From Alphaproteobacteria bacterium (GTDB taxonomy: Bacteria; Pseudomonadota; Alphaproteobacteria; UBA7887), in assembly GCA_965216755.1 (NCBI GenBank), contig CBDCGL010000011.1:2560001-2624000 (forward strand): DNA of 64,000 nt, in the 5' to 3' direction. Positions 49,145 through 59,671 of this stretch are shown piece by piece (within the stretch, counting starts at the first letter, position 1; every line of letters begins with the position of its first letter). The notes below the pieces were generated by a model, which saw only the letters and a list, made by a program, of their open reading frames with translations, had not been told where the DNA came from and ran no database searches. The position numbers and the translations under genes are program-made.

Positions 49145-50236
49145 GTGACGCAAACTCGTGTTCCTTGCGTTTTGATGCGCGGCGGGACGTCGCGCGGCCC
49201 GTTCTTCTTGCGATCCGACCTGCCGGCGGCGCGCGCCCAACTCAGCAAGGTGCTGTTGGCGGTAATGGGATCGCCGCATGATCGTCAGATCGATGGCTTG
49301 GGCGGCGCAACGCCGCTGACCAGCAAAGTTGCCATTGTCTCGCCGGCCAAACAGGGCCCGGCACAAATTGACTATTTATTTGCCCAGATTGCGATTGACC
49401 AAGCAAGCGTTGACTATGGTCCGACTTGCGGCAACATGCTGGCCGGTGTCGGGCCGTTTGCGATCGACGCCGGGTTGGTACCGGCGGATGACGGTGAAAC
49501 CCGAATTCTGATCCGCGCGGTCAATACCAACGCTTTGATCGAAGCCACCGTACAAACGCCGGGGCGGCGCACGACATACGAAGGCGATGCCCGGATCCAC
49601 GGCGTGCCTGGCACGGCCGCGCCCGTGATCCTGGGCTTTCGGGACTTGGGTGGCGAACAGACCGGTGCTCTGCTACCGACCGGAAACGCCCAAGATACGA
49701 TCGACGGCATTGCCGTGACATGCCTGGACGCGGCCATGCCGGTGGTGATCGCGCGCGCCCAAGATTTGGGCAAGGGCGGGCATGAAACAGCGGCGGCCTT
49801 GACCGCCGACAGCGCATTTATGACGCGCATCGAGCACATTCGACGTCAGGCGGGTCTGCGCATGGGCATGGGCGATGTGGCCGGTCGCGTGATCCCCAAG
49901 TTCGCAATCGTTGCCGCCTCGAAAAATGACGGCGCGATCGCATCACGCTATTTCACGCCGCAAAGCTGTCATCCGGCTCATGCGGTTACCGGCGCGATTT
50001 GCGTGGCAGTGTCCACAGCCATGGCTGGAACCGTCGTCGCCGGGCTCGGCCGAACCACGGTCCGCGACGACGGCCCCATCACGCTGGAACACCCGGCAGG
50101 CACAATCACGATTGGCCTTTCGGTGGACGGCAAGGATCGCCACTTGCGTGTGCGGCAAGCGTCCATCATGCGCACGACCCGCCGCCTCATGGCCGGCGAA
50201 GTCTATATCCCCAGCAATCTGTGGTCGCCCGCTTAG
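49145..50236 (+). CDS. PrpF-family isomerase (4-oxalomesaconate tautomerase-like)
   Basis: 'MRGGTSRGPFF','QIDGLGGA..LTSKVAIV','CGNMLAGV','EHPAG','RTTRRLM'. Confidence 0.92.
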   Translation: MTQTRVPCVLMRGGTSRGPFFLRSDLPAARAQLSKVLLAVMGSPHDRQIDGLGGATPLTSKVAIVSPAKQGPAQIDYLFAQIAIDQASVDYGPTCGNMLAGVGPFAIDAGLVPADDGETRILIRAVNTNALIEATVQTPGRRTTYEGDARIHGVPGTAAPVILGFRDLGGEQTGALLPTGNAQDTIDGIAVTCLDAAMPVVIARAQDLGKGGHETAAALTADSAFMTRIEHIRRQAGLRMGMGDVAGRVIPKFAIVAASKNDGAIASRYFTPQSCHPAHAVTGAICVAVSTAMAGTVVAGLGRTTVRDDGPITLEHPAGTITIGLSVDGKDRHLRVRQASIMRTTRRLMAGEVYIPSNLWSPA

Positions 50237-50706
50237 ACATCATCGTGCGATTGCGTCAGCCGCACCGACATCAAATGAAACCCTGTCCGCGCCGCGAACC
50301 CATGGCGCGCGTATAGCCGGCGCGCCGGATCGTTGCCGCGATCGACTTCAAGGTGAAGGGCTTTGATGCCGTCGGCGGCGGCACGTGCTTTGACGGTCTC
50401 AAGACAGTGCCCACCCAAACCCCGGCCGCGCGCATCCGGCGCAACAAAAAACTCATCGACAAAGCCATCGCGACCGCCGAACTCGATGGAGAAGCCGTAA
50501 CAGATAGCCAGATAACCGATCAGGCCGTCGGCGCGTTCAAGGCACCATATCGCCCCCAGCGACGAATCACCGAGCAATCGGGCCACGGCTTCACGTCGCG
50601 CCGGAGCGGTCGTGTTCAACCCCTCAAAGGCGTGATAGGCCGCCACCAGGGGCAATAGGTCATTTATGTCTTGTGGCTGCGCCAGACGCAGTGCGATATC
50701 GCTCAT
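50233..50706 (-). CDS. GNAT N-acetyltransferase
   Basis: 'FSIEFGG..FVDEFFV..ARGRGLG','LHLEV..N..A..LY...GF'. Confidence 0.9.
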   Translation of the reverse strand: MSDIALRLAQPQDINDLLPLVAAYHAFEGLNTTAPARREAVARLLGDSSLGAIWCLERADGLIGYLAICYGFSIEFGGRDGFVDEFFVAPDARGRGLGGHCLETVKARAAADGIKALHLEVDRGNDPARRLYARHGFAARTGFHLMSVRLTQSHDDV

Positions 50707-50912
50707 GGCGCAAAGCGTATCGCGCGCGGCGAAATACGCAACCGGCAATATTGCCCATCCCTCGCGCACCTCACAATCGTGTAATAATCTTTGTCATAGC
50801 AATTGTCTAGCGCGATACCGAACACGCGATCAGCGGGTAGAAGAAGTTCAGTCCAAGGGAATGGGCGCCGACGTGTGTCGGCGCCTTCTAACCGATACGG
50901 GGGTGACGGCAC

Positions 50913-51422
50913 TTACGACGGAATCAACACCGTGTCGATCACGTGAATGACACCATTGCTGGCCTCGACATCCGCCTGAATCACGTTCGCTTGGTCGACC
51001 TTGACGCCGTCGCGCGCATCGATATCTATGTCTTGGCCTTGCACTGTTCCGACCTGGAGGGACTTCCCGGCGATATCACCGGACAAGGTTTTGCCCGGCA
51101 CCACATGATACGTAAGTATGGCCACGAGTTTGTCGCGGTTCTCGGGCTGTAGCAAGCTCTCCACCGTGCCGTCCGGCAATTTGGCAAAAGCTTCGTCGGT
51201 TGGCGCAAACACCGTGAACGGTCCTGGGCCTTTCAGCGTATCGACAAGGCCGGCGGCATCGACCGCCGCCACCAGCGTGTTAAACGTGCCGGTGCTCACC
51301 GCGATATCAACAATGTCGCTTTGCGCCGGCGTTTGGGTGCCCGCCGTCGTCATGGTGCAGGCCGTGGCAAACATCGGCACGACTGCGGCCGCGACGACCA
51401 GCACTTTGGGTAGCTTCAACAT
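50913..51422 (-). CDS. Fasciclin (FAS1) domain lipoprotein
   Basis: Lipobox-like 'FATA-C'; '[10 protein letters not shown]','ILTYHVV','[13 protein letters not shown]'. Confidence 0.95.
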   Translation of the reverse strand: MLKLPKVLVVAAAVVPMFATACTMTTAGTQTPAQSDIVDIAVSTGTFNTLVAAVDAAGLVDTLKGPGPFTVFAPTDEAFAKLPDGTVESLLQPENRDKLVAILTYHVVPGKTLSGDIAGKSLQVGTVQGQDIDIDARDGVKVDQANVIQADVEASNGVIHVIDTVLIPS

Positions 51423-51460
51423 GATGTGACTTTCCGGTTGGTCAGCGTGATGAAAGCCTT

Positions 51461-51488
51461 TTTACGACCGGCCCCGGCGATCGGATCA
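51461..51488 (-). promoter_or_regulatory. SigmaE (RpoE-ChrR type) promoter of the fasciclin gene
   Basis: Minus strand reads TGATCC-N16-CGTAAA about 40 bp upstream of the fasciclin ATG, matching the known Rhodobacter sigmaE consensus. Confidence 0.75.
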
Positions 51489-51605
51489 CAATCCTGCGAA
51501 AAACGGATTACAGCCAGGTTTGATCCCGGCCCAAAGGGTCACCCCATATGAATGATTGACATGCGTTGCGCGTTCGGCGCCGAACAAAGACGACCGAGCC
51601 GCGCA

Positions 51606-52274
51606 CTAATATCGTCCCAAGATTTGACGAATGCGGCCAATGACGCCGGTCATCACCACCTGGCCATCGGTCACGCCGAAACACAAACAGTCCTCATCAT
51701 CGTCCATGATCGGACGATGCTCTTGTCCCGGTTCGATCACCAACAAATCGCCGCGCCGAAAATGACCATGCTGATCGGAGAATCCACCAGCGAGAACCAA
51801 GGTCAACTCGGTGCCTTGATGGCGATGTCGCGGCAAGGCGCCGCCGGCACGCGTGCGCACCAAACGCGCCTTGGCGCCATCTTCCGCGAGGCTGGCCAAG
51901 TCGGTGATGGTTACCCCGGGCAAAGGGCGGCGCCAGTTGAGCGACTTGATCGATTGGCCGGCCAGCGCCCGCAACGGCGCCGGCACCAACCGCGCGGTTT
52001 CCGAATCCTCTGGAACCGGTGCGCGTGAGTCCAGGTCTAATGGCGCGGGCTCGTCAAGTCTCGCCAAAACATGTGCCAAGGCATCTTCATCCAATGGCGC
52101 CGGCTCGAGTTCGCTCAAGATCTCGCCGCCCAGCACCTCCAACGCTGACGTCGTCTCCCGACAACGCGGGCACAATGTCAAGTGCGCAGCGATCGCCGTT
52201 TCCATCGGCATGGGCAAACTCGCCGTCACATAACCCAACAAAAGGTCATCGCCAGGATGGTGTTGGGCCGTCAT
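51606..52274 (-). CDS. chrR: Anti-sigma factor ChrR
   Basis: ZAS motif 'HHP...HLTLCPRC' plus cupin 'HRHQGTELTLVLAGGFSD...EH.P'. Confidence 0.93.
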   Translation of the reverse strand: MTAQHHPGDDLLLGYVTASLPMPMETAIAAHLTLCPRCRETTSALEVLGGEILSELEPAPLDEDALAHVLARLDEPAPLDLDSRAPVPEDSETARLVPAPLRALAGQSIKSLNWRRPLPGVTITDLASLAEDGAKARLVRTRAGGALPRHRHQGTELTLVLAGGFSDQHGHFRRGDLLVIEPGQEHRPIMDDDEDCLCFGVTDGQVVMTGVIGRIRQILGRY

Positions 52275-52849
52275 TCTGACTCCTCCAAAGTACGGCGCAG
52301 ACGTGCCAGTCCCAGACGGGTTCGCGATTTGACCGTTCCCAGTGGCAGATCGAGATCTTCGGCGATGCGGCTTTGCGACTTGCCCTCGAAATAGGAAACA
52401 CGCAGCACTTCAGCTTGGTCACCTGGCAATTCCTGCAACGCAGCCCGCAAACGCCGTGCACGCCGACGGGCATCGATCCGTGCATCGGTATCCGGGGCCT
52501 CTGCCGGCTCGAACGCCGGATCATGGGGATCCACCTCGGCCCGCGTTATCTTGCGGATCCGATCAATAACTCGATTGCGCGCGATCGCATAGATCCACGT
52601 CGACACCGACGCCTGGCTGCGATCATAAGTTGACGCACGTCGCCAAACAGCGAGCATGACCTCTTGGGTCACCTCATCAGCCCCCGACCATTCAACACCC
52701 ATGCGCAAAGCCAGCGCCTTCACCTTGGGCGCGTAGTGTTGATAGAGCGCCGCAAACGCGGACCGATCGCTGTGTTGCGCGATCGCGGTCAGGTGACTGG
52801 TGAAATCGTCCGGTTCGCGGTGCGCGTGCTTCAGAGTTTTGTCCTGCAT
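52271..52849 (-). CDS. rpoE: ECF sigma factor RpoE (ChrR-associated)
   Basis: 'QEVMLAVWRRA','STWIYAIARNR.ID','PLGTVKSR'; ATGA overlap with chrR. Confidence 0.92.
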   Translation of the reverse strand: MQDKTLKHAHREPDDFTSHLTAIAQHSDRSAFAALYQHYAPKVKALALRMGVEWSGADEVTQEVMLAVWRRASTYDRSQASVSTWIYAIARNRVIDRIRKITRAEVDPHDPAFEPAEAPDTDARIDARRRARRLRAALQELPGDQAEVLRVSYFEGKSQSRIAEDLDLPLGTVKSRTRLGLARLRRTLEESE

Positions 52850-52903
52850 GCCGTCGCCAGCGGGCCAGATGTCGAAAGCGTTGGTTTCATGACCATTCGT
52901 TGG

Positions 52904-54265
52904 TCAATACGCGTACTCGGCAAACACGGGGTCGACCGAGCCGTTCCAGCGGTCGCTGTAGGCTTCCAACAACTCTTCGGCGGGGCTGCGGCCAGTTTGC
53001 GCGATTCCGACCAACGTCGTCAAAAAACCTGTTTCATCGCTGCCGCCGCGATCCAGACGCGCCCGTCGCTTGAGCCCGTCCTTGGCGATTTCCAACACTT
53101 CTAATGCGACGTCGCGCACTGTCATGCCGCGAAATGGTGCTTTCAAACCGATCTTGGCAGCGCCCGCCCGCATGGCCTCGATTTCTTCGCGCGACCAATC
53201 CTTGGCCAGATCCCAGGCGGCGTCGAGCGTCGCGCTTTCGTACAGCAAGCCGACCCAAAACGCGGGCAACGCGCACAGGCGCCGCCAAGGGCCACCATCG
53301 GCGCCCCGCATTTCCAAGAATTGCTTCAGGCGCACTTCCGTAAAAATAGTGGTCAAATGATCGACCCAATCGGTCATGGTCGGTCGCTCACCCGGTAGGG
53401 CCTCTAACTTTCCATCCAAAAAAGCGCGAAATGACTGGCCGCTAACATCGATATATCGTCCGCGCCGATGGACAAAGTACATCGGCACATCCAGCGCATA
53501 GTCGGCATAGCGCTCGAAGCCCATGCCGTCTTCGAAAACCACCGACGGATTGCCCGTGCGATCCGGATCGGTATCGGTCCATATGTGGCTTCGGTAGCTC
53601 AGCATCCCGGTCGGTTTGCCATTCACGAACGGTGAGTTGGCAAATAATGCGGTCGCGATCGGTTGCAACGCTATACCGACGCGAAACTTGCGCACCATGT
53701 CGGCCTCGTCGGAAAAGTCCAGATTGGCCTGAACCGTGCAGGTCCGCAACATCATGTCCAAGCCCAATTCGCCCCGGGTCGGCATATAGGCACGCATGAT
53801 GTCGTAGCGCCCCTTGGGCATGACGGGCATCTGGTCGCGACGCCATTTCGGTTGAATACCGATGCCGAGAAAGCCGATGCGCAGTTCCTCCGCGACCTCG
53901 CGCACTTGGCTCAAATGTGTGTTCACCTCATCGCAGGTTTCGTGAATCGTCTCCAGCGGCGCGCCAGACAGCTCGAATTGGCCGCCCGGCTCAAGCGTGA
54001 CCGACTGACCATCGAGTTTCAGGGCAATCACGTTATCGTGTTCATAAACCGGTTGCCAACCAAAGCGTTGCAAGCCTTCAAGCATGGCCCGAATACCACG
54101 CGGGCCGTCATAAGGCACAGGCTTCAGCGTGTCATAGTCAAACCCGATTTTTTCGTGTTCGGTGCCGACCCGCCAACGATCGCGGGGCTTGCAACCTTGT
54201 TCCAAATAGCTGATCAGCTGGCGGCGATCGGTGACCGTCTCCGCCGCATCGGTCGATGAGGCCAT
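52904..54265 (-). CDS. gshA: Glutamate-cysteine ligase
   Basis: 'GTEHEK','[14 protein letters not shown]','MPKGRY','CTVQANLD','EMRGADGG'. Confidence 0.96.
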   Translation of the reverse strand: MASSTDAAETVTDRRQLISYLEQGCKPRDRWRVGTEHEKIGFDYDTLKPVPYDGPRGIRAMLEGLQRFGWQPVYEHDNVIALKLDGQSVTLEPGGQFELSGAPLETIHETCDEVNTHLSQVREVAEELRIGFLGIGIQPKWRRDQMPVMPKGRYDIMRAYMPTRGELGLDMMLRTCTVQANLDFSDEADMVRKFRVGIALQPIATALFANSPFVNGKPTGMLSYRSHIWTDTDPDRTGNPSVVFEDGMGFERYADYALDVPMYFVHRRGRYIDVSGQSFRAFLDGKLEALPGERPTMTDWVDHLTTIFTEVRLKQFLEMRGADGGPWRRLCALPAFWVGLLYESATLDAAWDLAKDWSREEIEAMRAGAAKIGLKAPFRGMTVRDVALEVLEIAKDGLKRRARLDRGGSDETGFLTTLVGIAQTGRSPAEELLEAYSDRWNGSVDPVFAEYAY

Positions 54266-54396
54266 AGTCCTGCTGCCGCTCCTCGTCCAGCACATATCTT
54301 TTCTTTCTTCCAGTTGCGCGGCTGGTCCCGCCACGTCGATATCCGCGCCGACTATACGTGAATCGGCACGCTATTGCCCATATCGGAGCGATGGGG

Positions 54397-55161
54397 TCAA
54401 GCCGCAGGTCGCCAATCGCCGCAAAACGCCTGCCACGATGACAACGCCGCAAGCGCCGCGGTTTCCGTACGTAGGATCCGCGGCCCCAATGATAGCGCGC
54501 AACTCCCGGGCACTGCGGCCAGCGCCATCCGCTCATCATCGCTAAAGCCGCCTTCGGGCCCAATCACGATACCGACATTCGATCCAACCATAGCCGGCAA
54601 AAGCGTCTTGGCTGGCGCCCCTGAGCCGGATTCGTCCGCCCAGATCAAAAAGCGATGGTGGGGCCATGACGCCAAGGTCTCAAACAACGTCTTAGGCGGC
54701 GAAATCGGTGGTACCGTTAACCGCCCACACTGTTCGGCCGCGTCGACCGCATGGGCACGCAACCGTTTGAGATTGACGCGCGCCACGCTGGTTCGCCGTG
54801 TGGTCATCGGACAAAGTGCGCTGACTCCAAGCTCGGTAGCCTTCTCGACCAGATAATCCGTGCGCGCCCGCTTCACCGGCGCGAACGCCAACCAGGGGCC
54901 AGGCTCCGGCCGCTGGGGCCGCATCATTGCCGCGACGTCCAAGCGATCAAGCCGCTTGGGCCCGGCCGCCAGTGCGGCCCGCCACTCGCCGTCGCGGCCA
55001 TTGAACAAATCCACCGGAGCCCCGTCCGCCAGGCGCATGACGTGGCGCAGATAGTGGTTTTGGGCGGCGTCGGTCACCACCGCCGCGTCGACGTGAAGAT
55101 CCGCGTCCACATAAAGGCGGGCCTTGGCGACGGCGCGTGCGGGTTGGTTGTCCATCGGCAT
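54397..55161 (-). CDS. rsmE: 16S rRNA m3U1498 methyltransferase
   Basis: 'HYLRHVMR','EKATELGV','AAEQCGR','IGPEGGF','LGPRILRTETAA'. Confidence 0.96.
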   Translation of the reverse strand: MPMDNQPARAVAKARLYVDADLHVDAAVVTDAAQNHYLRHVMRLADGAPVDLFNGRDGEWRAALAAGPKRLDRLDVAAMMRPQRPEPGPWLAFAPVKRARTDYLVEKATELGVSALCPMTTRRTSVARVNLKRLRAHAVDAAEQCGRLTVPPISPPKTLFETLASWPHHRFLIWADESGSGAPAKTLLPAMVGSNVGIVIGPEGGFSDDERMALAAVPGSCALSLGPRILRTETAALAALSSWQAFCGDWRPAA

Positions 55162-55225
55162 CGTTTTTCTGGTTCGGCGATCGTCCACACGACAGAATGG
55201 CGGCCATGATACATCTTGGCTCACC

Positions 55226-56104
55226 ATGACCGACACGGGTTCACAATTGCCGCCGGTCGTCGACCGGCTGCGCCCCTACGCGGCGCTTGCCCGGCTGCAC
55301 GCCCCGATCGGTTTCTTGCTGCTCATGTGGCCGTGCTGGTGGGCGGTGGCGTTGGCGGCCCCGCCGTTCTTGCATGGCGCTAAGCTATTGATATTCTTCT
55401 TTATCGGCGCGGCGGTGATGCGCGCCGCCGGTTGTGTGTACAACGATATCGCCGATCGCGATTTCGACCGCCGGGTGGCCCGCACCCGGACGCGACCCAT
55501 CGCTAGTGGCGCGATCGCTGTGCCGCACGCGGTGCTGTTTATGATCGGTTTGTCGTTGGTCGGGCTGGTCATTTTGCTGCAGCTCAATCGTGCCGCAGTG
55601 ATTCTGGGGGTCGCCTCGTTGGCTTTGGTCGCGGTGTATCCGTTCATGAAACGCGTCACCTGGTGGCCGCAGGCGTGGCTCGGTTTGACATTCAATTGGG
55701 GCGCCCTGGTCGGCTGGGCAGCTGTAACCGGCGGTCTCGCCGTCCCCGCTTTGATCCTGTATGGCGCCGGTATTGCGTGGACATTGGGCTACGACACCAT
55801 TTATGCGCATCAGGACAAGGTCGATGATGCCCTGATCGGCGTCAAATCCTCGGCGCGTCGACTTGGCATCCACAGCCGACCCTATGTTTACGCCTTTTAC
55901 GCCCTGACCGTGTTTGGGCTGGCCGCCGCCGCGATTGCCGCCGGCAAGAACTGGCTGACCTATCCGCTGTTGTTGGTTGCCGCCGGCCACGGCCTATGGA
56001 TGGTCAAGACGGTCGACTTTGATGATCCCGACTCGTGCCTGGCGCGCTTTAAGGCGAACAACCTGTTCGCGCTGCTGGTCTTCGGCGCCTATTTGGCGGG
56101 ATAG
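55226..56104 (+). CDS. ubiA: 4-hydroxybenzoate polyprenyltransferase
   Basis: 'AGCVYNDIADRDFD..V.RT..RP','YPFMKR','YDTIYAHQD..DD'. Confidence 0.96.
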   Translation: MTDTGSQLPPVVDRLRPYAALARLHAPIGFLLLMWPCWWAVALAAPPFLHGAKLLIFFFIGAAVMRAAGCVYNDIADRDFDRRVARTRTRPIASGAIAVPHAVLFMIGLSLVGLVILLQLNRAAVILGVASLALVAVYPFMKRVTWWPQAWLGLTFNWGALVGWAAVTGGLAVPALILYGAGIAWTLGYDTIYAHQDKVDDALIGVKSSARRLGIHSRPYVYAFYALTVFGLAAAAIAAGKNWLTYPLLLVAAGHGLWMVKTVDFDDPDSCLARFKANNLFALLVFGAYLAG

Positions 56105-56682
56105 AGCGAAACGCCATCGCCAAGCCGCTTTACCAGGCACCATTCGTCGTGACGGTCGCCGGCGCGGGCGCGGGTAAATCCAAGATGCTGATAAAACAGC
56201 AAACCTTTGATGTTCTTGCGGTGGACGGTCAGAAAATAACCGCGCGCCCCAAGCACCAAAAATTGCATTTCGGCATGGCTCAGCAGGCGGCGACCGACGC
56301 CGCGTCCCCAAAACCGGGGATCCACGTAGAGTTGAAATACTTCCGGCCCATTGCCTCGATCACCGAAATGGCATAGCCCAACCACCCGGCCCCGCCGCGT
56401 GGCGACAAGAAAGGTCGAGTCAGAGCGGGTCATCGCCAAGTGCAGGCTACGCCGGCCATATGCGTTGGCCAAATACGCGCCGATCGCGCGCTTCGAGAAT
56501 ATCTCGCCATAAGCCGCGTGCCAGCTGGCCCGGGCGACCGCGCGAATGGCCGCAATATCGTCGGAACGGGCCGGACGCACCGTGACGTCAAGTGGTTTGG
56601 CGATGGGCTCGGTTCCAGCCATGACTGCGTTTGCGGCCCTTATGTTGGGTGACGGGTCCGTTTGGCTATCGATATTCGGCAC
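56089..56682 (-). CDS. GNAT N-acetyltransferase
   Basis: 'ASWHAAY','QLYVDP..WGRGVGRRLL','FYQHLGF'; start may be 56622. Confidence 0.85.
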   Translation of the reverse strand: MPNIDSQTDPSPNIRAANAVMAGTEPIAKPLDVTVRPARSDDIAAIRAVARASWHAAYGEIFSKRAIGAYLANAYGRRSLHLAMTRSDSTFLVATRRGRVVGLCHFGDRGNGPEVFQLYVDPRFWGRGVGRRLLSHAEMQFLVLGARGYFLTVHRKNIKGLLFYQHLGFTRARAGDRHDEWCLVKRLGDGVSLYPAK

Positions 56683-56739
56683 CGATCAATATAGTCCGGC
56701 CGGCGATAAGGCGAAAACCTGCCGTTAGAGGACCCCTCC

Positions 56740-58248
56740 ATGCCCTACGCAAGCCTGCGCGACTTTGTCGACCGGCTGGAAAAGACCCAACGCCTGGTAC
56801 GGGTGACGGAGCCGGTTGCCGCCGCGCTGGAAATAACCGAGATACAGACTCGGCTATTGGCCGAGCGCGGCCCCGCTGTCTTGTTCGAATCGGTCATCCG
56901 CGACGACGGTCAAACCAGCGCGATTCCAGTGCTTGCCAACCTGTTCGGCACCGTCGAACGGGTTGCCTGGGGCATGGATCGCGAACCAGATGGCTTGCGG
57001 GCGATTGGCGAAACCCTCGCCTTTCTGCGTCAGCCCGAGCCCCCGGGCGGCTGGCGAGAGGCGATGGATATGCTGCCCTTGCTGAAAACCATGATGACCA
57101 TGCGACCAAAAACCGTCCGCGACGGCCCGGTGCACGAAGTGGTGCTTCAAAGCGACGAAATCGACTTGGGCGCACTGCCCATTCAGACCTGCTGGCCGGG
57201 CGAACCAGCACCGCTGATCACCTGGCCGTTGGTCGTCACCAAGGGCCCTGGCGGCAGCCGCGAGGATGCGTTCAACCTCGGTATTTATCGAATGCAGGTG
57301 ATCGGCCGCGACCAGACACTGATGCGCTGGCTGCGTCACAGGGGCGGCGCCCAACATCACCGCCGTTGGGCGGAAGCGAACGACGCGCCGCTGCCGGCCG
57401 CGGCCGTGATCGGCGCCGATCCGGGCACAATTATCGCCGCCGTGGCGCCGGTGCCGGATACGGTGTCGGAGTACCAATTTGCCGGTCTGTTGCGTGGCAC
57501 GCGCGTGGAACTGGTGCCCTGCCGCACGGTGCCGCTAAAAGTGCCGGCGACCGCCGAGATCGTTCTTGAGGGCCATGTCTCGCTCGCCGATTATCGGGAC
57601 GAGGGACCGTTCGGCGACCATACCGGCTACTACAACGCGGTCGAAAAGTTTCCGGTCTTTACCGTCAGCGCCATCACCCGCCGGCGCGATCCGATCTATC
57701 TCTCGACATTCACCGGTCGGCCGCCCGACGAGCCAAGCGTCCTGGGTGAAGCCCTCAACGAAGTGTTCATTCCGCTGCTGCGACAACAGTTTCCGGAGAT
57801 CGTCGATTTCTGGCTGCCGCCTGAAGGCTGCAGCTACCGCATTGCCGTGGTCTCGGTCCGCAAGGCGTACCCCGGGCACGCCCGACGCGTGATGATGGCG
57901 GTATGGTCGTATTTGCGCCAATTCATCTACACCAAATTCGTCATTGTGGTGGACGATGACATTGACGCACGCGATTGGAAAGATGTGATGTGGGCGATTT
58001 CAACGCGCATGGATCCCGTCCGCGACGTGCTGCAGCTCGACAAAACGCCCATCGACTATTTGGACTTCGCCGCTCCGGAATCGGGCTTGGGCGGCAAGAT
58101 CGGCTTCGATGCCACCAACAAGTGGCCGCCTGAAAGCCAACGCGACTGGGGGCGCCAGATTCGCATGACCGACGAGATCATCGATCTGGTCGATCGCAAA
58201 TGGACAGCCTATGGTCTGCCCGGCAGCGGTCGCCCGATTTGGCGCTGA
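56740..58248 (+). CDS. ubiD: UbiD family decarboxylase
   Basis: 'NLGIYRMQ','MRWL.HRGGA','[11 protein letters not shown]','GRPPDEP'. Confidence 0.96.
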   Translation: MPYASLRDFVDRLEKTQRLVRVTEPVAAALEITEIQTRLLAERGPAVLFESVIRDDGQTSAIPVLANLFGTVERVAWGMDREPDGLRAIGETLAFLRQPEPPGGWREAMDMLPLLKTMMTMRPKTVRDGPVHEVVLQSDEIDLGALPIQTCWPGEPAPLITWPLVVTKGPGGSREDAFNLGIYRMQVIGRDQTLMRWLRHRGGAQHHRRWAEANDAPLPAAAVIGADPGTIIAAVAPVPDTVSEYQFAGLLRGTRVELVPCRTVPLKVPATAEIVLEGHVSLADYRDEGPFGDHTGYYNAVEKFPVFTVSAITRRRDPIYLSTFTGRPPDEPSVLGEALNEVFIPLLRQQFPEIVDFWLPPEGCSYRIAVVSVRKAYPGHARRVMMAVWSYLRQFIYTKFVIVVDDDIDARDWKDVMWAISTRMDPVRDVLQLDKTPIDYLDFAAPESGLGGKIGFDATNKWPPESQRDWGRQIRMTDEIIDLVDRKWTAYGLPGSGRPIWR

Positions 58249-58327
58249 ACTCTTGTCGGCCAGGGCCCCATACCCAACATCGGACTCCGCCAAAACCGCC
58301 AAACCCAAGTCACAGGAAAACGCATTG

Positions 58328-59671
58328 ATGGATCACCCGACCGCCAATCTGGACTTGATTCAGGATCTGATCACCAAAGCGCGCAAGGCCGGAGCGGATG
58401 CCGCCGACGCCGTGTTTCTTGAATCAACGTCTCTGGATGCGTCCTGGCGCATGGGCAAGAATGAAGGCGTCGAGCGCGCCGAATCCAGCGATCTGGGCCT
58501 GCGGGTGCTGATCGGCCACAAACAGGCGATCGTGTCCAGCACCGATACCAATACCGACGCGCTTGCGGAATTGGTTGATCGCGCTGTCGCCATGGCACGG
58601 ACCGTCCCCGACGATCCCTATTGCGGCCTGGCTGATCCCGCCTTGTTGGCCAAAGATCTGCCGGATTTGGATCTGTTCGATCCGACCATGATCGAGTCCG
58701 CACAGCTGCTCGACGCCGCCGCCGAAGCGGAGGATGCCGCGCGCGCGGTCGACGGCATCACCAATTCGGAGGGCAGCGAGGCGAGTTGGAGCTTGACCAC
58801 ACTGGCCCTGGCCAATTCGGATGGCTTTGCCGGCCGTTATCGAACTTCGACATGCATGGTCGTGGCGTCCGTGGTTGCCGGCGCCGATACCCATATGGAA
58901 CGTGACTATGACTACGCCGTGGCGCGCTATATCGCCGACTTGGAGTCACCGGCCTCGATCGGCGCCAAAGCAGCAGAGCGTGCGGTGCGTCGCCTGAACC
59001 CGCGCAAAGTGAAAAGCTGTCAGGTGCCGGTGGTTTTCGACCCTCGAGTCTCCGGGGGTTTTCTGAGGCTCCTTGCGATGACCATCTCAGGCGCCGCGAT
59101 CGCCCGTGGAACCAGTTTCTTGAAAGACCGCTTGGGTGACCAGATTTTCGACCAAAGCATCAACATCATCGATGACCCGCTCAAGCCGCGCGGCCTGAGC
59201 TCGCGGCCCTTCGACGGCGAGGGCGTGGCCGGCCGCGTACGCCCGGTGATCGAGAATGGCTGTCTGACGACCTGGCTGATGGACGCGCGCTCCGCCCGAC
59301 AATTGGACTTGACCACCACCGGCCATGCCGCGCGTTCGGTGTCGGCACCGCCGTCGCCGTCGCCGTCGAACCTTTATATGGCCGCCGGCCCGATGAGCCC
59401 CGGAACCATGATCGGCGAGATCGACCAAGGATTTTATGTCACCGAGATGATGGGCATGAGCTTCAACAACATCACCGGTGACTATAGCCGCGGCGCCGCA
59501 GGTTTCTGGATCGATCAAGGTGAATTGGCTTATCCGGTCAGCGAGGTGACCGTGGCCGGCAATCTGAAGGACATGTTCCCGAACGCAACGCCCGCGAACG
59601 ACCTGGAGTTCCGCTACGGCATGAACGCGCCGACGCTCAGAATCGATGGCATGACCATCGCCGGGCTTTAG
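58328..59671 (+). CDS. pmbA: PmbA/TldE modulator protease subunit
   Basis: 'GTSFLKDRLG','SRPFDGEG','TGDYSRGAAGFWI..GE..YPVSEVTVAGNL'. Confidence 0.95.
   Translation: MDHPTANLDLIQDLITKARKAGADAADAVFLESTSLDASWRMGKNEGVERAESSDLGLRVLIGHKQAIVSSTDTNTDALAELVDRAVAMARTVPDDPYCGLADPALLAKDLPDLDLFDPTMIESAQLLDAAAEAEDAARAVDGITNSEGSEASWSLTTLALANSDGFAGRYRTSTCMVVASVVAGADTHMERDYDYAVARYIADLESPASIGAKAAERAVRRLNPRKVKSCQVPVVFDPRVSGGFLRLLAMTISGAAIARGTSFLKDRLGDQIFDQSINIIDDPLKPRGLSSRPFDGEGVAGRVRPVIENGCLTTWLMDARSARQLDLTTTGHAARSVSAPPSPSPSNLYMAAGPMSPGTMIGEIDQGFYVTEMMGMSFNNITGDYSRGAAGFWIDQGELAYPVSEVTVAGNLKDMFPNATPANDLEFRYGMNAPTLRIDGMTIAGL

Noticed and set aside
52905-52935. SigmaE autoregulatory promoter for rpoE inside the gshA 3' end
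   Set aside because: CGTA is present, but the -35 (CGACCC) and spacing match TGATCC-N16 poorly.
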